Part shown: positions 23,722-31,503 of the stretch, piece after piece
How the letters are laid out: each line of letters begins with the position of its first letter
Position numbering within the stretch: the stretch's first letter is position 1
Program-made: the position numbers and the translations under genes
Notes under the pieces: generated by a model
What the model saw: the letters and a program-made list of their open reading frames with translations, nothing else
What the model was told of the DNA's origin: nothing
The model's database searches: none
Source of the DNA: Candidatus Saccharimonadia bacterium
GTDB lineage: Bacteria; Patescibacteriota; Saccharimonadia; UBA4664; JBIOIQ01
Direction: 5' to 3'
Assembly: GCA_044449985.1 (NCBI GenBank)
Contig: JBIOIQ010000004.1
Location: 141 to 64,140, forward strand
DNA: 64,000 nucleotides

Positions 23722-25854
23722 TTAATTATCACTCTCAAGGTACCAGAAGTTAAATCCAAGAATTGCAGCTGCAGCGGTAGCATTATTTGTGATCCAAGTG
23801 AGAGGTGCTAGAAATGTCGTGGTACCAGGTATGTTGGCAGATACTGAGCCGGTAGTTTGATTGCCCGTACTTTCATCAGTAATTCGATATGAGATAGTAG
23901 AACCGTTTACAGGACAATACATTACCATCTCGAAAAGATCAGTTGTATTTACGGGAAAATTTGCACCAAGACCGGTGACGGTCGGGGCGGTACCCGTTAT
24001 GTTATTTACGAAATTCCAATTTCCGGTATTTGCATTTATGGCCATGCCAATTTTGCCTGGCGTTGCATTAGTAGTCGGGTCAACATTGGTTGGGTTTGCA
24101 ACTGAGTCTGCTAGTCCAACAAACGCTCGATTGCCAGATTGAAGGGTATTTAGGCCGAATCGAGTCACGTAAAAAAATCCACCTAACCCAGCAGCATTGC
24201 CTCGCCAAACTTGCAAAACGCCTTGACGCTGGTAAGCGACGGTACCGGCAGTTGTGCCGGAACTAAACTCGAGTAGTCTCACTGAAGTAAATATATTTGT
24301 GCTTGCAGGAGCAGGAGCAGTACAGGTTCCCGCTCCAGTAGAGGTCGAGCCAAAACCAGTCGCTCCTGTGCTGCAGTTAGCAGTGCCGTTTGGTTCACTA
24401 AATGAAATTCGATTAAATCCAAGTCCAGGTTGAAATGCCGTGTTCTGATCACTAGGCCCTAACCATTCTGGAAGAATTCTGCCTGCAACTGTTTTGGCAT
24501 AAATTCGTAAATTATTCGCGGCAGGTGAGGCAGGATCGCTACTCTGAGTCGCTATCTGAATCGCACCTGATTGAATATCGACACCAATATTCCAACCAGT
24601 GCCAACTTCAACAGCAGTATTTGTACCTCCATTTAAAGAGGTCGGACCAGTGAGGACTATGCCATAACTGGTAACGCCGGTCGCAGCGCCACTAGTATTA
24701 GCAACAATACTTACTCCGTTCCAGGTGCCCCCGCTAGTTGTTCCTGGAGTATAATCTACATCTATTCCGCTGGCATTTACGGCTGCACTTCCACCTACAA
24801 AGTTAATTTCAAGCCCATTCGCATTGTTCGTGGTTACAGCTTGCCCCGCGTTTGAAATGCTGACAATGTCTGCAGTTGGAGGAGCAGCCGCACTAATGCT
24901 GATTGTTCCTCCCGCAGTTGTATTGATGGTTGAGCCGTTATTATAAGCTTGTTGTAGAGTTTCGCTACAGCTTACGAAGATCAGCTGACTGGCTGTCGAT
25001 GCTCCGGACTGCAAACACTGACTGGTAGAAGGACCAGCAATTGGCAGTGTCAGGGTGTAGTTGCCTGTAAGAGAACCCGATGAATTTAGAGTCACCGCAT
25101 AATTTCCGGATGTCGCCGTATTGAATAAAAGTTGTCCATCTAACCCAGAACTACCAGTAGTGCCGAGTAATACTTGATTACCGGAGGTATCTACATTCAA
25201 AATTGATTCAGTTCCGCCGGCGTTTTTGACCTGGAAGGCATTTGCAGAAGTTGTATCAATTGCATTTGTACCAGTCCAAGTTTGTGAGCTAGAAAGTTGG
25301 CCAAAAGAAACAGAATCGATTCCATCAAGTGTATCGGCATTTATGGCATACGGAGAGCTTGCCAATGACTGTCTAGGCGTCATTGCCCCTTCAGTAAAAC
25401 TGGCACAAGCATTCGTATTACAAGTCGCCGTTGCAGGAGTTGGCAGCTCAACTTCGAGATAAAGTGGAAATGTCCCACTAAAAAGACTTGGGCTCAGGGC
25501 TGGATCCCCCTGCGTCGTATCGCCAAATTGGATATTAAAAAGTCCATTGGCCACTGCAACCCGATAATCTGAAGTACCATAGACTCGATCACCTTCCCAG
25601 ACATTTGAGCCACCAGTCAGGGCGTTCCAGAGTCTAAACTTAATGTTATACGAACCATCTGGAAGTATATTGCCATTATTGTCAGTCAGACGCCCTTGAA
25701 AGTTTATTTTATAGGGAACAGTTTGCGACGCAATTGCGGCGTTATTTAGTCGAATTTGTCCACCCAAAAGAGATGTTGCTAAAACGAGTGTGCTAAGAGT
25801 CGTCCAGAAAATCCAAACGAAACTCCGCTTCAATCGGTCGTTCATCCACAACAC
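23722..25854 (-). CDS. large exported fibre-like protein (710 aa), tail-fibre-like N-terminal region
   Basis: It has a signal anchor followed by VPYKINFQGRLTDNNGNILPDGSYNIKFRLWNA..GGSNVWEGD...VAVANGLFNIQFGD...PRQSLASSPYAINADTLDG. This pattern is common at the base of phage-tail-fibre-like bacterial proteins. The middle is Gly/Thr/Ser-rich and the C-terminal ~200 aa is globular. Confidence 0.5.
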   Translation of the reverse strand: MLWMNDRLKRSFVWIFWTTLSTLVLATSLLGGQIRLNNAAIASQTVPYKINFQGRLTDNNGNILPDGSYNIKFRLWNALTGGSNVWEGDRVYGTSDYRVAVANGLFNIQFGDTTQGDPALSPSLFSGTFPLYLEVELPTPATATCNTNACASFTEGAMTPRQSLASSPYAINADTLDGIDSVSFGQLSSSQTWTGTNAIDTTSANAFQVKNAGGTESILNVDTSGNQVLLGTTGSSGLDGQLLFNTATSGNYAVTLNSSGSLTGNYTLTLPIAGPSTSQCLQSGASTASQLIFVSCSETLQQAYNNGSTINTTAGGTISISAAAPPTADIVSISNAGQAVTTNNANGLEINFVGGSAAVNASGIDVDYTPGTTSGGTWNGVSIVANTSGAATGVTSYGIVLTGPTSLNGGTNTAVEVGTGWNIGVDIQSGAIQIATQSSDPASPAANNLRIYAKTVAGRILPEWLGPSDQNTAFQPGLGFNRISFSEPNGTANCSTGATGFGSTSTGAGTCTAPAPASTNIFTSVRLLEFSSGTTAGTVAYQRQGVLQVWRGNAAGLGGFFYVTRFGLNTLQSGNRAFVGLADSVANPTNVDPTTNATPGKIGMAINANTGNWNFVNNITGTAPTVTGLGANFPVNTTDLFEMVMYCPVNGSTISYRITDESTGNQTTGSVSANIPGTTTFLAPLTWITNNATAAAAILGFNFWYLESDN

Positions 25855-25867
25855 CTTAAACGTAAGA

Positions 25868-25897
25868 ATTATATCATTACTCTTATGGTTTGAGCAA
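25868..25897 (-). promoter_or_regulatory. candidate promoter for the fibre gene
   Basis: The minus strand reads TTGCTC, an 18-nt spacer (ending TGA), then TATAAT. Confidence 0.4.
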
Positions 25898-25933
25898 GAT
25901 TCGTGACTGATAATATATATTAATTAGTAAGGT

Positions 25934-26803
25934 TTAACTTTTGCTTTTTAGACGAGTCCAAAAGAATAAGCGTAGAAGTATTAAAAACCCAATTCCATAC
26001 AAGACTTCTCGAAAATAACCGGTAATTGCAAAGATCCAGATAACTTTCGTTTTATGCGTGTATAAATCTTGAAACTGAAGCGGAATAATCCCTAAATAAC
26101 TTCCCGACTTTGAAAAAGAAAAAACTCTTGAGCTTCCGGGCATAACTAAGCCAAATTGCAATTGGGTGGCAGCTCCCAATGGTAGCACTCTCAAATTAAT
26201 ATTTGGATCATAGGCCACCCCGCCGGAGGAGCTCGATGCAGTATTCGAATACTCAAATTTTCCATTAAGAGCATTGCCAAATTGCCATACAGGAACGCTT
26301 AGATTACTAATACTACCGGTTTTAGTGGTACTGGGCCCGTTATTTAATAGCAGTAAAGTCCCGACCCTGGCGCTTTCGGAAATAACTGTACCTTGGGCTG
26401 TGGCATTGTCCGGAACTGTCTCAAAAAAAAGCACAGCATAAATTCCCCCTTTCGGAAGTACTTGCGGGTCAACCGTAAAAGCTACTCGAATTGCTTCACG
26501 CGGTCCAAGCTCAAACGTTCCTAAAGAAATCTGGATGCCTTTTGTGAGTGTTGGATCATCATAAAACTGCAGATCCCCATCAAGGTTGTATTGACGAAAA
26601 GCTTTTATCGACGATGCAACGGTAACCATCGAATCAGTGGGATTTGAGACATCAACAAACCCAAGTTTTGGATTATTATCGCTAAAACCTTGTTCATACT
26701 TGAGGGGATCAATCTTTAAGGCCGGTACCTCAGCATGTGCCGGCAGAGCAGCTAATATACCCAACCCTAGAGCGATTGGTAAGAAATATAATAGTTTTCT
26801 CAT
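25934..26803 (-). CDS. DUF916-like exported protein with C-terminal TM anchor, family C copy 3
   Basis: The signal peptide ends at AHA/EV. VDVSNPTDSMVTV and LPKGGIYAVLFFE resemble the family blocks. The C-terminus has a TM helix plus a basic tail (RLFFWTRLKSKS). The start overlaps the LamG gene by 4 nt. Confidence 0.5.
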   Translation of the reverse strand: MRKLLYFLPIALGLGILAALPAHAEVPALKIDPLKYEQGFSDNNPKLGFVDVSNPTDSMVTVASSIKAFRQYNLDGDLQFYDDPTLTKGIQISLGTFELGPREAIRVAFTVDPQVLPKGGIYAVLFFETVPDNATAQGTVISESARVGTLLLLNNGPSTTKTGSISNLSVPVWQFGNALNGKFEYSNTASSSSGGVAYDPNINLRVLPLGAATQLQFGLVMPGSSRVFSFSKSGSYLGIIPLQFQDLYTHKTKVIWIFAITGYFREVLYGIGFLILLRLFFWTRLKSKS

Positions 26804-28167
26804 GGTTTTAGGGTGGCAGTAAAGAAGACCGTATTTGAATAGCTGCCTTGTTTTTGAGCCGGGCCAACATCAGCTCTAAACTGGATCGTGGTCTTTTCGG
26901 CGGCACCGCCGGAAAGACCAGTCCTTGTGTGGAACACTGTTGGAACGGTTGGTATGGCCGCATAGTCATAGTTGGGGCTGGTGCCCCATTTACCCTCAAC
27001 GCCAACTCCACCAGTGACAGTCATCCCCAGACCGGTTGTCACGCCCTCACTCCAAGCAGCCGGTGAAGTAATGGTTCCGGAAATCGCTGGAATCGTCGTG
27101 ATATTATCAGAATTCGTTAAGTCTTTATTCTCTTGAATGGCCAGATTATAGCCACCAGCATCAGTCCGAACAATGGCATCGAGAGAATTATTTTGTGAGG
27201 TCCCGGGTGTTATATTAGGCAGAACAGCAGCGGACCGCGCGCCGGTGTTTTCCGCACTGAAAAACGCCGCTGCTTCGGCAGAACTCAATGTCCGGTTAAA
27301 TACCTTAATTTCATCGATTGTGCCAGAAAAGAAGTTACTTGTTGGGGCGCTGGTCCAACCTGAAAGCTGGTCGTCTCCAATTCTCCAGTAACCAGAACCC
27401 GAAATACTAGTAGTGTTAGCATTGGGCGTCCCGTCCGACTTTCCATCAACATATAGATTCATGCCGGTGCTTCCCATAGAAGCGATTACCTGATGAAATA
27501 CACCATCGTTATATGCAAGTGTCGAATTTACTACTGCACCGCTCGCACCGGCTTCAAAATGAAGCTTTCCATCATTAGACATATAAACTTGTCGATCATG
27601 AGTGGTTGAATTACCAGTCTGCGCACTTCCGAATCCGATTAGTTGTCCCCCCGTAATGGTAGAAGTTTTAAACCACATTGAAAATGAATAACTCGTTAAA
27701 CCCGACTCGGAATTGGTCGCACCCAGGTAATCGGTCGTGCCGTTTAATGACACACCGTCACCGATTTTACCGCTGACCCAACTTGGCGAGCCCTCAAATA
27801 AAGCATTATTAAGACTTGCACTCATGTCGTAAGCCAGTTTTCCAATCCCAGTATCTAGGGGATAATATTCATTTATTCCCGACGGCAAAACAGTTAGTTG
27901 AATGGAATGAAAAAGCTCTGAAACATAGCCTTGCGAAAGTTTATAACTTTGAGATGAACCTGAGCCAACGGCAGCTTCGCCCCCGGCATCGACCATTTTA
28001 TAATCTGTCGAGCTTCCAACCCCACCAAAACTGTTGGCAACGTTCGGATCAAGCCGATAATGGGTACTGGTAAGAACAGTCGCGAGCGTTCCAGCTGGCA
28101 ACAAGCAGACGATGACAGCAATCGCTATCAAACGGATTCCGCGCTCCACATTAAGCATTAGCACCAT
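26800..28167 (-). CDS. exported LamG / concanavalin-A-like lectin domain protein (455 aa)
   Basis: GSPSWVSGKIGDGVSLNGTTDYL...YSFSMWFKT...DRQVYMSNDGKLHFEAG...GVFHQVIASMGSTGMNLYVDG...FSGTIDEIKVFNRTLS fits the Laminin_G_3 pattern. Confidence 0.7.
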   Translation of the reverse strand: MVLMLNVERGIRLIAIAVIVCLLPAGTLATVLTSTHYRLDPNVANSFGGVGSSTDYKMVDAGGEAAVGSGSSQSYKLSQGYVSELFHSIQLTVLPSGINEYYPLDTGIGKLAYDMSASLNNALFEGSPSWVSGKIGDGVSLNGTTDYLGATNSESGLTSYSFSMWFKTSTITGGQLIGFGSAQTGNSTTHDRQVYMSNDGKLHFEAGASGAVVNSTLAYNDGVFHQVIASMGSTGMNLYVDGKSDGTPNANTTSISGSGYWRIGDDQLSGWTSAPTSNFFSGTIDEIKVFNRTLSSAEAAAFFSAENTGARSAAVLPNITPGTSQNNSLDAIVRTDAGGYNLAIQENKDLTNSDNITTIPAISGTITSPAAWSEGVTTGLGMTVTGGVGVEGKWGTSPNYDYAAIPTVPTVFHTRTGLSGGAAEKTTIQFRADVGPAQKQGSYSNTVFFTATLKP

Positions 28168-28217
28168 TATGCCAGATCAATTACTGTTCGACTAGTCTCT
28201 CTAGACTAAGTACTTTG

Positions 28218-29150
28218 TTAGCCTGAGCCGAATAGCGCTTTAAACGCTCGCTTTAAGCGCTTACGACCCTTCCAAATAATTATATACAGGGCGATCAACA
28301 CTACCAGGATAATGCCGAGTAATTTATAAGGAATTACGGTAAACGAAGTCGAGGCAGTTAAGGTTTGGGTGGCACCATTTTTCAGAACTATGGTAGCCGT
28401 ATAGCGACCAAATAATAGATGTTTAGACCAAGGTGTATCAATTTTACGAATTGCTGTAGGAATAACATTTTCAGGCACTATTGAGATGGTAGCCGCCGTA
28501 CCACCAATCATATTTTTTACGGTAATTATCCCGGTTGGTTTTTCATGAACATTACCAAGATCGGCGATGCGAGTCGAAAAGACTATTGGTCCGTATTGGT
28601 AAAAGGTTTTGTCCGACGAAAAACTTGCTACTGACAACTTCTCGTAGGCCGGTCCGTTAATTCGTAGAAATATCAACGTCGCAAGTTGTTGCTTAACTGC
28701 AGCGCCAGATTGACCGCTCGGTAATACTCCGGGATTAGTATGAAAAACCAAGGATCCATATCGGCCACCAGGTTCGGCATTGAGAGGAACTGCAATGGAG
28801 AAACTCACATCAGTAGTGCCCTTAGCCGGCACCACAATATCGCCAGTCGTAACAATGAACCAAGGAGCTAAAGAATAAAGGTTGTCTTGTGTGGTCAAGT
28901 CAATTTGACCTTCTTCACCTCGAGCGACAAAATTATTCCGATCAACCGTTAAACTAAGAGGTTGATCAGTTAGATTGATCAGCTTCACTGAACTTGCGAC
29001 TGTTTGACCGGGATTTGCAGCTAAATCAAATGCCGGTGGTGAAACGGCAAAACCAAGTGATGTCGCAGCATTTGCAGACTTTGCAAGGAAGCCAATAGCA
29101 ACAATAAAACTTGCGCATAGGATAAAGAGGGGCCTAACTCGAACGCTCAA
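28218..29150 (-). CDS. DUF916-like exported protein with C-terminal TM anchor, family C copy 2
   Basis: The signal peptide ends at ANA/AT. GFAVSPPAFDLAANPGQTVASSVKLINLTDQPLSLTV and VPLNAEPGGRYGSLVFHT match the family blocks. The C-terminus is a TM helix plus KGRKRLKR. Confidence 0.55.
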   Translation of the reverse strand: MSVRVRPLFILCASFIVAIGFLAKSANAATSLGFAVSPPAFDLAANPGQTVASSVKLINLTDQPLSLTVDRNNFVARGEEGQIDLTTQDNLYSLAPWFIVTTGDIVVPAKGTTDVSFSIAVPLNAEPGGRYGSLVFHTNPGVLPSGQSGAAVKQQLATLIFLRINGPAYEKLSVASFSSDKTFYQYGPIVFSTRIADLGNVHEKPTGIITVKNMIGGTAATISIVPENVIPTAIRKIDTPWSKHLLFGRYTATIVLKNGATQTLTASTSFTVIPYKLLGIILVVLIALYIIIWKGRKRLKRAFKALFGSG

Positions 29151-29189
29151 TTTTCCGGACTCCGTTTACTTTTACCTATCGTAACAGAT

Positions 29190-30287
29190 TTAGTAAACCG
29201 GAGTACAGGTGTAAATAATAGTGGTAGTGTAAGTGCCGGGTTTAGTGGTGCCGGAGATCCCAACTTGATGACCAATTGACACGGTTTTTGTCGTGAGACC
29301 AGTTGAGCTATAGGAAACTTCGGCATTGGTCGTAGTCATGGCGGCCCAGAGATCACTCTGGAAACGATTGACGGCCCCGTTGGCAACGTTTAAAGCAAAA
29401 TCCGAAGTTGTATAACCATAAGCTTCGGTACCGGCAGCCGAAAAAGCTGTCGGAGAGTTATTAGTACCGGTCCAGTCGGCGATTGTATTAGATCCGGAAG
29501 TTGGTTTACCGGTGTAGCGGACGTAAACGGTATAGCCATTGGCGGCATTGGTAGCAATCGAAAGTGACTGACAGACCAAACCGTTTGACGCCGTGGTAAC
29601 ACTGCCGAAGGGTATGGTGGTTGAGGTAGAGGTACCGGTTGAAGTTGACGCACCAGAATTACAGGTGCCTCCAGAAGCAACTCCGTTAACTGTAAAACTC
29701 ATCGTTGGGTTAACAGTTAAAGAGAGATTTGAGCCGTTGGTGTTGATATAAGTCACTACCACACTATCAACCGGGCTTGAGCTACAGTTCGTATTATTGT
29801 AAGTGCTAAAACTTAGATAATAGGCGGTGTCAGCAACTGAGCTATTAGTGATACCTGCCATAATAAAGGTCGCGCCGGTCAGGGTCGATGGAGTAATCCC
29901 GGAAGCGTTTGTATATTGAATTGTATTAGCCGTATCCGTTACGCTCCAGCCAGTGCCCGAGTCGTTAACGTACGTCGAAGTTGCAGCGGTAATGGTTGCG
30001 GAAGCGGCGGTAAAGCCGGTTGGAGTAGTCAGTGTCGTCGGCGAAGTTGAAAAGGTCGCCTGTATACATTTAATTGTGCCGTTCGTAACACTACTTGCAG
30101 TAACGGTATAGTTAACCGACGCGGTTGAAGGTATAGGGTTGGATAACGCGACTGAAGCAGTTGTAAGAGTAACAGCGTTAGCAACTGAGATATTCAGAGT
30201 TAAGAGACCAACTAGGCTAATCCAAGCAACCCAAATACGAGTTAGTCTAGCCCGTCGACTCAAATCGTTTGAATCTTTGTATTTCAC
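29190..30287 (-). CDS. exported surface subunit, family B copy 4 (365 aa)
   Basis: GTG start behind GAGGTG. It has a signal peptide, ASVALSNPIPS, five conserved Cys, and a C-terminus of GTYTTTIIYTCTPVY. Confidence 0.6.
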   Translation of the reverse strand: MKYKDSNDLSRRARLTRIWVAWISLVGLLTLNISVANAVTLTTASVALSNPIPSTASVNYTVTASSVTNGTIKCIQATFSTSPTTLTTPTGFTAASATITAATSTYVNDSGTGWSVTDTANTIQYTNASGITPSTLTGATFIMAGITNSSVADTAYYLSFSTYNNTNCSSSPVDSVVVTYINTNGSNLSLTVNPTMSFTVNGVASGGTCNSGASTSTGTSTSTTIPFGSVTTASNGLVCQSLSIATNAANGYTVYVRYTGKPTSGSNTIADWTGTNNSPTAFSAAGTEAYGYTTSDFALNVANGAVNRFQSDLWAAMTTTNAEVSYSSTGLTTKTVSIGHQVGISGTTKPGTYTTTIIYTCTPVY

Positions 30288-30331
30288 TCATTCACCTCAA
30301 TTAATAACTTGATCAAAAAACGCTTACGTTT

Positions 30332-30360
30332 AGAATACCAATCTGAAAGACGACTGTCAA
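30332..30360 (-). promoter_or_regulatory. sigma70-type promoter for family B copy 4
   Basis: The minus strand reads TTGACA, a 17-nt spacer, then TATTCT. Confidence 0.5.
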
Positions 30361-30383
30361 CGTTAAAGTTCTAGGATTAAATG

Positions 30384-31466
30384 TTAGTAAATTGGCGTAC
30401 AAGTGTAGATTATCGTAGTCGTATAAGTACCTGGTTGAGTTGTTCCAGAAACACCAGCTTGATGGCCGACTCGAGTAGTATGACTGGCAGCGACATTAGA
30501 ATATGCTACCTCAGCATTGGTAGTGGTAGCAGCGGCCCAATTTCCACCCGTAAATCGATTTGCCGGCGAATTTTGAAGCGCTGTTGCTTCTGTGGTATAG
30601 CCATATGCTTCTGTACCGGCAGCTGGAAACGGACTTGGACTGGCATTTGAACCCGGCGCGTCAGCTATAGTGTTTGAGCCCGATGTCGGTTTAGCAGTAT
30701 ATCGGATGTAGACTGTGTACCCGGTTATGGCATTGGTTGTAACTGCTAAATCTTGGCAAACTACTGAATTGGTAGCCGTAGTCACAGCCCCAAAAGGAAT
30801 TGTCGTTGAAGTTGAAGTTTGCGTAGCGGTAGCGCCGTTACAGGTTTGACCCGATGCAACTGCGGCGACCGAAAAAGACAATGTCGGACTAACTGATAAA
30901 CTGAGACTACTACCGGCAGTATTAATAAAAGCCACTGTAACATTATCGACAGGACTAGAGACACAATCAGTATTATTGAAAGTTGAGACTTGCATAAAAA
31001 AGCTAGTATCGGCTACTGAGCTATTGGTCATGGTATTAATAATGAGGTGTTTTCCGCTTGAGCCACTAGGAGTTTGTCCCGATCCAGTAAATGTAACTGT
31101 CCCTGCCGGATCACTCCCTCCTCTAGAAAAACTTCCCGGGGTCGGTATCAGGGTAGTACCACTATCGAGAGCAGCCGAGGTAGTGACCATGCCAGTTGGT
31201 TCGGTTGAACCGGTGGCCGTGGTGGCAAATACTATTTTGATGCATTGGATTGCGCTAAGAGTTATGCCACTCGCTAGCATGTCATAGGTAACCCCAGTTG
31301 CCGAGGGTTGAGGATTACTTAAACTGACTGATGCAGTTGTCCAGTTTGCGCCTTCGGCACTAGTTAGAGGCAAAACTAATACTAACAGTCCGATTAAAAC
31401 GACCCGCAACCATGCTGTTCGTTGACTTAATAAACTGCGCCAATAATTTCGAATCGAACTTTTCAT
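30384..31466 (-). CDS. exported surface subunit, family B copy 3 (360 aa)
   Basis: It has a signal peptide, ASVSLSNPQPS, and a C-terminal half collinear with copy 4. It ends GTYTTTIIYTCTPIY. Confidence 0.6.
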   Translation of the reverse strand: MKSSIRNYWRSLLSQRTAWLRVVLIGLLVLVLPLTSAEGANWTTASVSLSNPQPSATGVTYDMLASGITLSAIQCIKIVFATTATGSTEPTGMVTTSAALDSGTTLIPTPGSFSRGGSDPAGTVTFTGSGQTPSGSSGKHLIINTMTNSSVADTSFFMQVSTFNNTDCVSSPVDNVTVAFINTAGSSLSLSVSPTLSFSVAAVASGQTCNGATATQTSTSTTIPFGAVTTATNSVVCQDLAVTTNAITGYTVYIRYTAKPTSGSNTIADAPGSNASPSPFPAAGTEAYGYTTEATALQNSPANRFTGGNWAAATTTNAEVAYSNVAASHTTRVGHQAGVSGTTQPGTYTTTIIYTCTPIY

Positions 31467-31503
31467 TTTTATATTTAAAGCATAAGCATTAAATCAGATA
31501 AAA

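Noticed and set aside
26423-26430. A8/T8 homopolymer tracts inside coding regions (26423-26430 in family C3; also 23638-23645) as phase-variation switches.
   Set aside because: Runs of this length are expected by chance in AT-rich genes that encode Phe/Lys pairs. They are not near the 5' ends, and nothing in the sequence shows length heterogeneity.
30230-30287. A Tat signal in family B copy 4 (SRRARLT).
   Set aside because: The twin-Arg context does not fit S/T-R-R-x-F-L-K. It is not shared by the other three paralogs, which have ordinary basic n-regions.
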